A DNA stretch of 64,000 nucleotides from Candidatus Eiseniibacteriota bacterium (GCA_963717505.1 OY970342.1:2752001-2816000); one strand, 5' to 3'. Shown: positions 50,747 to 61,274, counted from the stretch's first letter. Numbers and translations are program-made. The notes: generated by a model not told the origin, from the sequence alone.

Positions 50747-51528
50747 GACTCGGTTCCTCCTCCCGCCAGCTTGTCCAGCTCGGGCAGCAGGCTGTAGCGC
50801 ACCCAGTTGTTCCTCGGATTGATCTCGAGGGCCTTCTCGTAGTGCGCGCGCGCTGCGTTCCAATCCTTGAGCTTGGCCGCCGAGCGGCCGGCCCAGACGT
50901 GGGCGTCGTCGTAGCCCCAGTCGATCGAGGTGCTGTCGCCGGGTGCCGCCGCCGCGAACAACGTGATCGCGCGTTCGAGTTGAGGCAGTGCCTTCTTGGC
51001 GCCGCCGCCCACGAAACCCGGTTTGTTGTAGGTGCCGATGCCCTCCAGCAGTGCCACCCGCGGATTCTCGGGGGCGATACCCTTGGCCTGGCCCTCGATG
51101 CCCGAGATCTCGCCACCCAGCGACATCGCCTTCATCGGCGACATCGAAATCGAAAGTCCGAGCAGGCCCGCCTTGAGCGACATGCACTCGGCGGACTGTG
51201 GCGAGGCCGCCAGCGCCTGATCGAGATGCGCGACCGCGTCGTCGCAATAGCGCTGCGCCTGTTTCTTGTCCTTCGTCATGACGCGCGGCACCAGCCGGTA
51301 GGAGGCGAGTGCCACCCAGTAGTGCAGCTCGACCGACTTGGGATCGGCCGCCGACATGCTCGCCAGCTGTTCGCGCACGGCCACCAGCTTGTGGACCGAG
51401 TCGAAGGCCGCGGCGTAGGTCAGCGTGCGCGCCGTGGCCAGCTCAGCCGGGTCGGTGGCGCTGGCCGGTTGCGCCGTAGCGATCAGCGCCAGGGTTGCGA
51501 GAACGAGGATGCTGCGTTCGGGTTTCAT
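50743..51528 (-). CDS. Secreted TPR-containing protein
   Basis: Signal peptide; helical repeats such as AHYEKALEINPRN and PENPR. Confidence 0.75.
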   Translation of the reverse strand: MKPERSILVLATLALIATAQPASATDPAELATARTLTYAAAFDSVHKLVAVREQLASMSAADPKSVELHYWVALASYRLVPRVMTKDKKQAQRYCDDAVAHLDQALAASPQSAECMSLKAGLLGLSISMSPMKAMSLGGEISGIEGQAKGIAPENPRVALLEGIGTYNKPGFVGGGAKKALPQLERAITLFAAAAPGDSTSIDWGYDDAHVWAGRSAAKLKDWNAARAHYEKALEINPRNNWVRYSLLPELDKLAGGGTES

Positions 51529-52643
51529 GACCGTTTCTCCTTTGGGAACTGCGGATCCGCGCCCGGCTCGTGCGAGCGGACGGGAAGCGTGATCCGGACG
51601 GTGGTTCCGCCGCCCGGTGTGGCCTCGATGACCAAATCGTGAGGAGGACCTGCGCCGCGCAGGCGCTCGCGCACCGAGTGCAGGCCAAAGCCATTGCCGC
51701 TTGGGGTGGCACCCGGGTCGAAGCCCGGTCCGTCATCGCGCACTTCGAGGATCAGCCGATCGCTGTCACGACGCGCGCTGATCGAGATCGTGCCGCCCTG
51801 GTTCTGCGCCGACACGCCGTGGCGCACCGCGTTCTCGACCACGGGTTGGAGCAACAGGCTCGGGACGTGAAGAGCCTCGAGCCCGGACTCGATCCGCTCC
51901 TGAACTTGGAGCCGAGCGCCGAACCGAACCCGCTCGATCTCGAGGTAGGAACGCAGGAACTCCAGCTCCTCGCCGAGTCGCGCGAACTCGCGGTCCGAAG
52001 CGCGCAGCGTGTAGCGGAACACTTCGGCCAGGCGGGTGATGGTGTCCTCGGCCGCCGCCGGCTGCTCACGGACCAGCGCCGCGATGGTGTTGAGCGCGTT
52101 GAACAGGAAGTGCGGATGGACTTGGGCGCGCAGTGCTCTCAGCTCGGCCTCGGCCAGCTCGGCGCGCAGTCGCTCGATGGCGCCGGCCCGATCGACCGCC
52201 TGCCGGTGATAGCTGATCGCCGAGATGATGCCGCCGATCAACCCGGTGAACAGGAGCGAAAACATGCCGACGATCACCATGCTGCGAGCACTGCCCATAA
52301 GGCCGGGCATGAGGGTGAAGTGGATGATGATGGCGGCGATGTACGAGCCAATCAGGGCCGCGACCGCGTAATAGATCGGGATTTGCCAACCGCGCCCGGT
52401 CTCCTCGCAGCGCTGGCGGGGCAGCACGAAGCTCTCGAGCGCCCATATGCACACATTGATGATGAAACCGAACACCATCGAGAGCTGGTAGGCGAACCAG
52501 TAGCTCGTCCAGCCGCGATCGCCGAACAGCGTCCCGAAGAACAGGGCGGTCGGAATCGACCACAGGGGCGTCCGCCACGCGATGGTCCCTAGCTGCTGGA
52601 GCGCGCTTCGCTTCGGGCGTGTCTTCAAATGCGGTCGTTCCAT
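51525..52643 (-). CDS. LytS-type sensor histidine kinase
   Basis: About 4 TMs, LRAQVHPHFLFNALNTI, LQPVVENAVRHG, DDGPG, GFGL. Confidence 0.92.
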   Translation of the reverse strand: MERPHLKTRPKRSALQQLGTIAWRTPLWSIPTALFFGTLFGDRGWTSYWFAYQLSMVFGFIINVCIWALESFVLPRQRCEETGRGWQIPIYYAVAALIGSYIAAIIIHFTLMPGLMGSARSMVIVGMFSLLFTGLIGGIISAISYHRQAVDRAGAIERLRAELAEAELRALRAQVHPHFLFNALNTIAALVREQPAAAEDTITRLAEVFRYTLRASDREFARLGEELEFLRSYLEIERVRFGARLQVQERIESGLEALHVPSLLLQPVVENAVRHGVSAQNQGGTISISARRDSDRLILEVRDDGPGFDPGATPSGNGFGLHSVRERLRGAGPPHDLVIEATPGGGTTVRITLPVRSHEPGADPQFPKEKRS

Positions 52644-52698
52644 GGCTTCCTCCTCGACGCAATCTACGGAGAAGTCCATGGGGCGGCGACGGTTCGCC

Positions 52699-52732
52699 GG
52701 ATGAACGGTCGGATCAGGGGGATGAACGGTCG
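52699..52732 (-). promoter_or_regulatory. Direct-repeat pair, probable LytTR binding site
   Basis: GGATGAACGGTCG at 52699-52711 and 52720-52732 (21-bp period); TAGATT -10-like box at 52666-52661 on the minus strand. Confidence 0.7.
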
Positions 52733-52925
52733 CGGGCGGGGGCGGACACCTCGGCTCCGCGGGGTCGTGGGCGTTGGGAGGCCCCCGGGCCTGGTCGCCC
52801 GAGGGGTGAAGTCCCAGGGCCGAGTCGCCGAAAACCTTCGATGCCCCCGAGGACGGGCGGCCGCACGCGTTCAGCGCTCGGTGCCGACCCCTCGGCCCAA
52901 TCCTGAATCCACCACGGAGGCAAAC

Positions 52926-53516
52926 ATGAAGCGCACCATTCTGCTGCTCACGCTTGCGTCGACCGTCGCGGCGGCTTCGTCCGCGATGGCGCAGGCCGAC
53001 CTCGGGCTCAAGAACGTCGGGGTCGCTCTCGGCTTCGTCAACGCCGAGGAGCTCGACGGCACGTTCAGCGTCGGCATCCTCGCGAACCACGGCACGATCG
53101 CTCCGAGGATCGGGCTCGAGTCGCACCTCGACTACTGGTCCAAGTCCGAAGACGACTTCGGCACCGAGGTCTCGGTCCGCGACATCACGATCGGCGTGCG
53201 CGCCAAGTATCTATTCGAAGTCGCGAACCCGCGGGTCCAGCCGTTCGCCGGCGTCGGCGTCGGGCTCCACTTCCTGGGCGCCGAAGTGACCACACCGCCG
53301 ATCGGCGGGTTCCCGGGCACGTCCTCAGACGACTCGGAGACCCGTCTCGGAATCGACCTGGGTGGCGGTCTGACCACCCCGATTGGCCCCAAGACCGACT
53401 TCCTGGCTGAGGCCTGGTACGGAATCGTCGAGGACGTGAATCAGTTCTCGCTGCGGGCCGGAATGGTCTGGAAGCTCGGTGGGCTGGCACCCGCCGCTCG
53501 CAAGGGAGGCAAGTAG
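52926..53516 (+). CDS. Outer-membrane beta-barrel protein (OmpA-like/porin family)
   Basis: Signal peptide ending AMA-Q; alternating strands; VQPFAGVGVG. Confidence 0.75.
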   Translation: MKRTILLLTLASTVAAASSAMAQADLGLKNVGVALGFVNAEELDGTFSVGILANHGTIAPRIGLESHLDYWSKSEDDFGTEVSVRDITIGVRAKYLFEVANPRVQPFAGVGVGLHFLGAEVTTPPIGGFPGTSSDDSETRLGIDLGGGLTTPIGPKTDFLAEAWYGIVEDVNQFSLRAGMVWKLGGLAPAARKGGK

Positions 53517-53532
53517 GGTCGCAGCAGTTCGG

Positions 53533-54738
53533 CTACGGGGTTCGCGACAGGACGCGCAACACCATGACCGTCATGTCGTCGGCGGGCTCGACGCCGTCGA
53601 GGAAGTCGCGAACCCCGTGCAGGACCCGCTCGATTACCTCGCGCGCGGGCAGCTCGCGCGGCAGGGATTCGATCAGCGCGTAGAGGCGTTCTTCCCCGTA
53701 CATCTCCCCGGTGGTGTTCTCGGCCTCGCTGATTCCGTCGGTGTAGAACACCACGCGATCGCCGGGCACGAGCTGAATGACTTCCTCTTCATAGGCAACG
53801 CCCTCGAGGAAGCCGACCACCAGTCCACCTGCCTCGAGCTGCGTCCGGCGTCCATCCGAGTGGAATACCACCGGATAGTTGTGCCCGGCGTTGGTGTAGG
53901 TCATGCGCAACGTCGACTCCTCGACCCGCGCCAGGAAGCAAGTGGCGAACTGTCCCGTGCTCGAGCTGCGCTGGTGCACCAGGCCGTTCAGACTCCTGGC
54001 GACCCCGGCCACGGAAGGCGTCAGGTCGGCCTGGGTGCGCAGCGAGGCCTGAAGCATCGAGGTCAGCAGGGCCGCGGGTACCCCCTTGCCCGAGACGTCG
54101 GCGATCACCAGGTAGAACGCATCATCGCCGGCTGGGACCACGTCGTAGAAGTCGCCGCTGACTTGTTTCGACGAAACGTTGACCGCGTGGACCTCGAGCC
54201 GGGGCATCGCCGGAAACTGGGAGAGTAGGAACGAGCGCTGGATGCGACGAGCCAGATCCAGCTCCTGCTCGGAGAGAGCGCGCGCGACCGCCTCGCGGTA
54301 GAAGATCACGGCGTAGATGATTCCGCTGACCAGCACCACGAACAGCACCGAGAACATCGCGATGGTCAGCACCTGCCTCGGGCTGCCCATGAATCCCGGC
54401 AGGATCGTGAAGTGGATGAGCATGGCCGCGACGAACGAGGCGGCCAGGCTGACCCCGCCGAACAGGAGCCCGTGCTTGATGAATCCCACCGCCCCCGGGG
54501 TGTCCGATTCCGGGAGCAGCCGCGGGCGCACGAAGGACTCGGTGGCCCACACCGAGATCCCGATTACGTAAGCGAAGACCAGAGAGATCAGGTACGCGTC
54601 GAAGTAGCCCCTGAGTCCGGCCCCGAACAGCGTTCCGAAGAACAGGCCGAACGGGATCCCCCACAGCGCCTGCATCCAGAGCAGGTTGAGGAAACTGCGG
54701 AGCTTGGTTTCGGGTTTGGCGGGACGACGCGGGGGCAT
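53533..54738 (-). CDS. Membrane-bound PP2C/SpoIIE phosphatase
   Basis: About 4 TMs; ARRIQRS.L, SGDFYD, DVSGKG, NAGH, YTDG, DDMT. Confidence 0.92.
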   Translation of the reverse strand: MPPRRPAKPETKLRSFLNLLWMQALWGIPFGLFFGTLFGAGLRGYFDAYLISLVFAYVIGISVWATESFVRPRLLPESDTPGAVGFIKHGLLFGGVSLAASFVAAMLIHFTILPGFMGSPRQVLTIAMFSVLFVVLVSGIIYAVIFYREAVARALSEQELDLARRIQRSFLLSQFPAMPRLEVHAVNVSSKQVSGDFYDVVPAGDDAFYLVIADVSGKGVPAALLTSMLQASLRTQADLTPSVAGVARSLNGLVHQRSSSTGQFATCFLARVEESTLRMTYTNAGHNYPVVFHSDGRRTQLEAGGLVVGFLEGVAYEEEVIQLVPGDRVVFYTDGISEAENTTGEMYGEERLYALIESLPRELPAREVIERVLHGVRDFLDGVEPADDMTVMVLRVLSRTP

Positions 54739-54840
54739 TCGGTGCGGCCTCCAGGTTCGGACCCGGACGTTAGGGTGTCGGGTGACCGGCCACCATAGCG
54801 GGCCGGCGCGCGGGCGGAAAACCGAGACGAACGGTCGGAA

Positions 54841-55458
54841 CTAGGGGGCGAGCCGTTCGAGGATCCAGCCGGCGGTGTCGCGTCGATAGCGCAACCGGTC
54901 GTGGAGACGATGGCTGCCCGCCTGCCAGAACTCGATCATCTCGGGCGCCACGCGATAGCCGCCCCAATCCCGAGGCCGCGGGATGGAACCGTGCCTGTGC
55001 CTTTCGGCGGCGGCGCGCGCGCGGGCTTCGAGCCACTCGCGACTCTCGACCACCTGGCTCTGCGGCGAGACGCTGGCGCTCAAGCGGCTACCGACCGGCC
55101 GCGTGGCCCAGTAGGCGTCGGACTCGGCGTCGGTGATGCGTGCGATCGGGCCCTCGATGCGGACCTGCCGATCGAGCGTGCGCCAGTGAAAGCAGAGTGC
55201 AGCGCGTGGGTTCGCCGCCAGCTCACGGCCCTTGCGGCTGGTGAAGTGCGTGAAGAACACGAAGCCGCGCTCGTCGGCGCCGCGTAGCAACACCATGCGC
55301 ACCGAAGGCTGGCCGTCCGCGCCGCTGGTCGCGAGCGCCATGGCGTCGGCTTCTTCAGCCGCACCGCCGGCATCCGCGTACCAGGCGTGAAACAGCACGA
55401 GCGGATCGGCGGGGGCGTCGCGCTCGTCGAGCGGCGCTGGCCGAGGGGGACTGGTCAT
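54841..55458 (-). CDS. pdxH: Pyridoxamine 5'-phosphate oxidase
   Basis: PSVRMVLLR, SRKG, RQVRIEG, WGGYR, EFWQ, RLHDR. Confidence 0.93.
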   Translation of the reverse strand: MTSPPRPAPLDERDAPADPLVLFHAWYADAGGAAEEADAMALATSGADGQPSVRMVLLRGADERGFVFFTHFTSRKGRELAANPRAALCFHWRTLDRQVRIEGPIARITDAESDAYWATRPVGSRLSASVSPQSQVVESREWLEARARAAAERHRHGSIPRPRDWGGYRVAPEMIEFWQAGSHRLHDRLRYRRDTAGWILERLAP

Positions 55459-55488
55459 CGCGCGTGCGGGCCGTCGGCGGCGCTTGGT

Positions 55489-56685
55489 TCAGCGATACGC
55501 CGGAATGCCGGTGACCGCCTCGCCCAGCACCAGCGTGTGGATGTTGTGCGTGCCCTCGTAGGTCTTGACCGACTCGAGGTTGCACATGTGCCGCATCACC
55601 GGGTACTCGGCGGTGATGCCGTTGGCGCCGAGGATGTCGCGCGCCTGGCGCGCGATGTCGAGCGCGATCTCGCAGTTGTTGCGCTTGGCGAGCGAGATCT
55701 GCTCGGGCTTGACCACGCCGCGTCTCCTTGAGCCGGCCGAGCTGGACGCACAGCAGCTGCGCCTTGGTGATCTCGGTCAGCATATCGGCCAGCTCGCTCC
55801 TGCACGAGCTGGAAGCCGCCGATCGGCCGGTCGAACTGTACGCGGCTCTTCGAGTACTCGGCCGCCGCAGTGGAAGCAGGCCATCGCGGCGCCGACCACG
55901 CCGAATGCGATGCCGAAGCGCGCCTGCGACAGGCAGCCGAGCGGGCCCTTCAAGCCACGCACGTTGGGCAGCAGATGCGCCTCGGGCACGAACACGTCCT
56001 GGAGGACCAGCTCGCTGGTGACCGAGGCGCGCAGCGAGTGCTTGCGCTTCTGCTCGGGTGCCGTAGAAGCCCTTGGTGCCCTTCTCGACCAGGAAGCCGC
56101 GGATCTCGTCCTTGCCGGTGGTCTCGTCCTTCAGCCTGGCCCAGACCACGGCGACGTGTGCGACGGTGCCGTTGGTGATCCACATCTTGGCGCCGTTGAG
56201 GACAAAGCCGCCGTCCTTCTTCACGGCGCGCGTGAGCATGCCGCCCGGGTTCGAGCCGAAGTCGGGCTCGGTCAGGCCGAAGCAGCCGATCACTTCGCCC
56301 TTCGCCATGCTGCGGCAGCCACTGTCTGCCTCTGCTCCTCGCTGCCGTAGGCGAAGATCGGGTACATGACGAGCGAGCCCTGCACCGAGGCGAACGAGCG
56401 CAGCCCGGAGTCGCCGCGCTCGAGCTCCTGCATGGCGAGCCCGTAGGCGGTGGGCGACGACGCCGGCGCAGCCGTACTCTCTCCGGCAGCGACGCCCCGA
56501 GCAGGCCCATCTCGGCGACCTCGGGAATCAGGTCCATCGGGAAGGTCGCCTCCTCGTAGGCGTCTTCGACGCAGCGACAGGAAGCGGTCCTCGACCCAGT
56601 CGCGGACGTGGTCGCGGATCTGGCGCTCGTCCTCGGTCAGGAGCGAGTCGATGTCGTAGAAATCCACGCCGGTGAAGCGGGGCAT
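55489..56685 (-). CDS. Acyl-CoA dehydrogenase, glutaryl-CoA dehydrogenase-like (frameshifted)
   Basis: [45 protein letters not shown]. Confidence 0.88.
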
Positions 56686-56908
56686 GCGGGCCTCCAGGCT
56701 GCCGCGCGCACGGCGCGGGGACATTCGATGGGTGTGCGGGCCGGGCAGTATAGGAGGTTTGCACAGCGTGCGCACGAGGGCCGCCGGTCTTGTCGGGGCA
56801 ACTCCGCGGTGGCAACCTGATCGCCGATCAGGAACCGGTTGAGGCCGTTGATCAGCGGCGGCCGCAGGTGAGCCGCAATAGAGGGCTCGATACGATAGGA
56901 GCGCAACG

Positions 56909-57313
56909 ATGGCGAAGATTACCGGAGTCGGCGGCGTCTTCTTCAAGAGCAATGGCGACAACGCCGCGCTGGCAGCGTGGTATCGGAAGCACTTGGGCAT
57001 GCAATTGGAGGACTTTGGCGGCGCGATCCTCAGATGGCCGGACGACAAGGCCGAGGATCGAGGCCTTACCGTGTGGCATGTCGCGGAAAAAGACAGCCAG
57101 TGGTTCAGCCCCAGCAACTCCTTGTTCATGATCAACTACCGGGTCGACAACCTCGGCGAGATGCTGGAGCAACTGCGTGCGGGGGGTGTGGAAATCACCC
57201 AAGGCCCCGAATCGCACGAGAACGGCAAGTTCGCGTGGATCATGGACCCCGACGGTAACAAGGTCGAACTCTGGGAACCGAAGGTCTGGAACGACAAGAA
57301 CAAAGGTGCCTGA
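56909..57313 (+). CDS. VOC/glyoxalase family protein
   Basis: [36 protein letters not shown]. Confidence 0.88.
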   Translation: MAKITGVGGVFFKSNGDNAALAAWYRKHLGMQLEDFGGAILRWPDDKAEDRGLTVWHVAEKDSQWFSPSNSLFMINYRVDNLGEMLEQLRAGGVEITQGPESHENGKFAWIMDPDGNKVELWEPKVWNDKNKGA

Positions 57314-57344
57314 GAGCGCCGCCATGGCAAAGGAGGCAAACGAC

Positions 57345-57704
57345 ATGGCAGAACAGGGTCACACTCACCACGCCATCGACTACATAGAGTTTGCCGTCAC
57401 CGACATGGCCAAAGCCAAGAGCTTCTACGAAGCAGCGTTTGACTGGAGGTTCAACGACTACGGTCCCGACTATGCCGGTATCCAGAAACAGGGTGGTGAG
57501 GCCGGAGGACTGCGCCTGGAAGCAGAGGTGTCGCCGGGGGGTCCCTTGGTCATTCTGTACTCCCATGATCTCGAGACGACGATCACGAGGGTCCGCCAAG
57601 CGGGTGGGCGGATCACGAATGAGCCGTTCGAGTTTCCTGGTGGCCGCCGATTCCACTTTGCGGACCCGAGCGGTAACGAACTCGCGGTCTGGTCCGACCA
57701 GTGA
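57345..57704 (+). CDS. VOC/glyoxalase family protein
   Basis: IDYIEF, FPGGRRFHFADPSGNELAVWS; AGGAGG RBS. Confidence 0.88.
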   Translation: MAEQGHTHHAIDYIEFAVTDMAKAKSFYEAAFDWRFNDYGPDYAGIQKQGGEAGGLRLEAEVSPGGPLVILYSHDLETTITRVRQAGGRITNEPFEFPGGRRFHFADPSGNELAVWSDQ

Positions 57705-58363
57705 GTGTGGCCTCACCGCCTGCCATTACAACGACGCAGCAGGTGTTGATCGTGGGCGGCATCGTTTCGGCTCTGCTCTACACCGCGATGCTCGTCATTG
57801 TCCCGATGTTCTGGGAGGGCTACAGCTCCGCTTCGCAGAGCGTGAGCGAGCTGTCGGCGATCGAAGCTCCGACGCGATCGCTCTGGGTGTCGCTGGCGGC
57901 CGTCTGGACCGTGCTGTATGGCGCGTTCGGCTGGGGTGTCTGGTGGTCGGCGAGGTCCAACCGCGCTCTGCGCATGACGGGGGCCGTGATCATCGTCGCC
58001 GCGATCGCCGGCGTCTTCTGGCCGCCGATGCACCAGCGCGAGGTCCTGGCGACGGGTGGGGGAACCCTGACCGACACGCTCCACATCGTCTGGACAGCGG
58101 TGAACGGCGCCCTCACGCTGCTCGCGATGGGCATCGGCGGCGCAGCAATCGGCGGTCGATTTCGGCTCTATTCGATCGCAAGCATGGTGATCCTCGTTGG
58201 TGCCGGTGCCCTGACGTCGGTCGATGCTCCGAGGATCGATGCCGGCCTGCCCACGCCGTGGATGGGTGTTTGGGAGCGGGTCAACATCGGCGTGTGGCTG
58301 CTCTGGGTCGTCGTGCTGGCGGTCATGCTGTTGCGAGGGCCAATGTCCAGGGAGTCGCCATGA
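57701..58363 (+). CDS. DUF998-like membrane protein
   Basis: GYS..SQ.VSELSA, LH, G.WER; multiple TMs. Confidence 0.7.
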   Translation: MSVASPPAITTTQQVLIVGGIVSALLYTAMLVIVPMFWEGYSSASQSVSELSAIEAPTRSLWVSLAAVWTVLYGAFGWGVWWSARSNRALRMTGAVIIVAAIAGVFWPPMHQREVLATGGGTLTDTLHIVWTAVNGALTLLAMGIGGAAIGGRFRLYSIASMVILVGAGALTSVDAPRIDAGLPTPWMGVWERVNIGVWLLWVVVLAVMLLRGPMSRESP

Positions 58364-58413
58364 CGGCGCTTGTCCCGGAGTGCACTTTCCGTTGCGATCG
58401 AAGGAGGCATTCG

Positions 58414-59325
58414 ATGTCCGAGCACTTGCCAGTGAGATGCGCCGTGCGAACGACCCGACAGGCGTTGGGGAATGGGCTTGCTCCGTGGAGCCTCCTTGTT
58501 GCATGGATTGCCCTGATCAGCCCGCCCTCGGGCGCCTGGGCCCAACAGCTGCCCACGGGCGGAACGACATCGTGGGAGATCCGGGGACCCGAGGAGTTCG
58601 TCACGTTCGTGCTCTTCGATCCGAAAGTGCCGGGAGTGTCCCTGCCCGCGGGGCTTCGATTCATTTCCGCTCGGGACGCACAGATGCCCGAGATCGAGGA
58701 GCACTTGAAGCAACACCCCGACCACGCGGAATGGGCGTTCTCGTTCATCGAGATCACCCGACAGAAGGCATTCCTCCTCGACGGCAGGGCGCCAGCAATG
58801 CCGAAGAACGGAGGCGTTGGATTGTGGTTCGCTCCCGTGGATCCTTCGCAGCTCGCGGAGGAGATCCCGAAAGCCGCGTTCGACAGCATCATCGCCCCAT
58901 CACTGGGGTCCGTGATCGGACTCGGAATCTGGATTCCGGACCGGAAGTACGTCGACTACATGCGTGCGCGCGGGCACCATGCCGAGTATGGGATGGTGAC
59001 GCTCATGGAAGACAGCACGGGTGCGTTTCATGGCGAGATCCGATTGGACAACTTGCGTGTAACAGGCTCAGCAACACCTCAGGGTGACATTCGGGAAGAT
59101 CCGGCTTCCGGGACACAGGTGCTCTTTGCACCAGGAGACAGCGTGGTGCACGCCGTCGTCGTCGCCGGTGCGAACGCGCGTAACCGTGCCTGCGATGCGA
59201 CGTGGACCATGAAGGGCAATCATCCGTTGGCCCGTGGCGTGTTCGTGGGGCCGACGTACATGACGACCTATGAGGCGCCCCTCAAGGGGAGTGCGTATCG
59301 GCTCCGAGAAAGGGCGAAGCAGTAA
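58414..59325 (+). CDS. Hypothetical exported protein
   Basis: AAGGAGG RBS; uninterrupted frame; AWA-Q cleavage-like site. Confidence 0.6.
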   Translation: MSEHLPVRCAVRTTRQALGNGLAPWSLLVAWIALISPPSGAWAQQLPTGGTTSWEIRGPEEFVTFVLFDPKVPGVSLPAGLRFISARDAQMPEIEEHLKQHPDHAEWAFSFIEITRQKAFLLDGRAPAMPKNGGVGLWFAPVDPSQLAEEIPKAAFDSIIAPSLGSVIGLGIWIPDRKYVDYMRARGHHAEYGMVTLMEDSTGAFHGEIRLDNLRVTGSATPQGDIREDPASGTQVLFAPGDSVVHAVVVAGANARNRACDATWTMKGNHPLARGVFVGPTYMTTYEAPLKGSAYRLRERAKQ

Positions 59326-59353
59326 GACAATGCGGCCGAACAGTCGGTAGAAC

Positions 59354-60799
59354 ATGCGCACCGATTCTGCGGGAAGACGTTTCACATGGTTGAGGGGCGT
59401 CGTGTGTCCGCTCTTCACGGCGTGCGCTTGCCTTCTCGTCAGCTCCGGGCTGCGCGCGGCGCCGCCGCCCGAGCGCCCGAACATCATCTTCATTCTGATG
59501 GACGACTTGCGCTGGGACGAAATGGACTATCCGTTCGTCAACGTGCCGAACATCCGGCGCATCGCGCGCGAGGGCGTGCGCTTCCGGAATGCGTTCGTGA
59601 CCACGCCGCTCTGCTCGCCCGGGCGTGCGAGCATCCTCACCGGTCAATACGCGCACAAGCACGGCATCACCGACAACACCGATCGCAGCCCGCGCAGCCA
59701 CGAATTGGTGACGTTCCCGCGCCTGCTGCACGACGCCGGCTACGAGACGGCGTTCATCGGCAAGTGGCACATGGGTCTCGACGACAATGCTAGACCCGGA
59801 ATCGATCATTGGGTCAGCGTCAAGGGACAGGGGAGCTACCTGGATCCCGAGTTCAACGTGAACGGCAGGCGCGAAAAGATCCCAGGCTACTTTACAGACA
59901 TCCTGAACAAGTTCGCACTCGACTACTTGAAGCAGAAACACACCAAGCCGTACCTGCTCTACCTTTCTCACAAGGCCGTGCATCCCGATCTGGTTCAGAA
60001 CGCTGACGGCAGTCTGTCGGACCCGAACGCGGGCAAGTTCATTCCCGCCGTTCGGCACACGCAGCTCTATGCGGAGGCCTCGATCCCGCATCGCGCCAAC
60101 CACGGTAGGCCCCCTGAGGACAAACCTGCCTTGCTCCGGCCGATCGCCGGCCTGCCCCCGCTCGGCCCGAAGACGGGCACAGACGATGAAACGATTCGCA
60201 ATCGCCTGCGGATGCTCGCATCGGCGGACGAAGGCGTCGGGCAGATGTTCGAGGCGCTCGAAGGGCAAGGGCAGTTGGACAACACGCTCATCGTGTTCAC
60301 GAGCGACGAAGGATACTTCTACGGTGAACACGGCCTGAGTGTGGAGCGGAGGTTGGCCTACGAGGAGTCGGCCCGCATCCCGCTACTGATGCGCTGGCCG
60401 AAACTCATCGAGGCCGGCCGCGTGATCGACGAGTTCGCGTTGAGCATAGACCTGGCTCCCACCCTGCTGGACATCGGGGGAGTACCTGCCGCGAAGGATG
60501 TGCACGGGCGCTCCCTCGCCCCTCTATTGCGCGGCGAGACGGTGCCCTGGCGCAATGCGTTCCTCATCGAGCACTTTTCAGACAAAGTCTTCCCGCGCAT
60601 GTCGAACATGGGCTACCAATGCGTGCGGACGGAGCAATGGAAGTACATCCACTACGTCGACCTTGATGGAATGGATGAGCTGTACGATTTGCGTAACGAT
60701 CCGCTCGAGATGAAGAACGTGATCGGGCAAGCGGACGCCCGAGGTGCGCTAGGAGAGATGAGAGCCGAACTGGACCGCCTTTTGCGGACAACGAAGTAG
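59354..60799 (+). CDS. Sulfatase (GlcNAc-6-sulfatase-like)
   Basis: PNIIFILMDD, CSPGRAS.LTG, GKWH, ELYDL..DP.E. Confidence 0.9.
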   Translation: MRTDSAGRRFTWLRGVVCPLFTACACLLVSSGLRAAPPPERPNIIFILMDDLRWDEMDYPFVNVPNIRRIAREGVRFRNAFVTTPLCSPGRASILTGQYAHKHGITDNTDRSPRSHELVTFPRLLHDAGYETAFIGKWHMGLDDNARPGIDHWVSVKGQGSYLDPEFNVNGRREKIPGYFTDILNKFALDYLKQKHTKPYLLYLSHKAVHPDLVQNADGSLSDPNAGKFIPAVRHTQLYAEASIPHRANHGRPPEDKPALLRPIAGLPPLGPKTGTDDETIRNRLRMLASADEGVGQMFEALEGQGQLDNTLIVFTSDEGYFYGEHGLSVERRLAYEESARIPLLMRWPKLIEAGRVIDEFALSIDLAPTLLDIGGVPAAKDVHGRSLAPLLRGETVPWRNAFLIEHFSDKVFPRMSNMGYQCVRTEQWKYIHYVDLDGMDELYDLRNDPLEMKNVIGQADARGALGEMRAELDRLLRTTK

Positions 60800-60827
60800 T
60801 GCGGTAGGGCAATACGGGGAGACAGTC

Positions 60828-61274
60828 ATGAAGGAGATCGTCGATGTGCTTGGTACGGCGGGCCGTTCCAAGGTGGAGCGTGCGGCCGCAAGAGTAGCGT
60901 TCCTTCGTAAGCGGTCAGACATTTGGAAGAACATCCAAGAAGAAAGGTTCCCTGCGACTTACGTCTCTTCCGGGATGAAGAAGTTCGTTGGGGCTCCGAG
61001 AAAGACAGCAATTCGATGCGACTTCTTGTTGGCCAACAAGGCCGCACTCGGGGGAAAGTACGCTACAGACCGGATCTCTGATATGGCCCAGCGCGACTTG
61101 CTGTTCCGCGTGCTGCGGGACAGAGAGGTCTTTCCCAACAGAACCGGAAACAAGTTCTATTGCTGTCCAAAGTGCACGGCCAAGCTGTACGAGTGCGTGA
61201 GTGCTAAGGTGTTCCGCTACGTCGACAATGCGAAGTGGAAGGCGGCGATTGAAGGCGGCCGCGATGTCCAGTGA
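60828..61274 (+). CDS. Hypothetical protein (lower GC, CCPKC motif)
   Basis: 148-aa ORF with GGAG RBS. Confidence 0.55.
   Translation: MKEIVDVLGTAGRSKVERAAARVAFLRKRSDIWKNIQEERFPATYVSSGMKKFVGAPRKTAIRCDFLLANKAALGGKYATDRISDMAQRDLLFRVLRDREVFPNRTGNKFYCCPKCTAKLYECVSAKVFRYVDNAKWKAAIEGGRDVQ

Noticed and set aside
56816-56832. Palindrome CCTGATCG-C-CGATCAGG between divergent genes
   Set aside because: Isolated single occurrence with no associated regulator in the window
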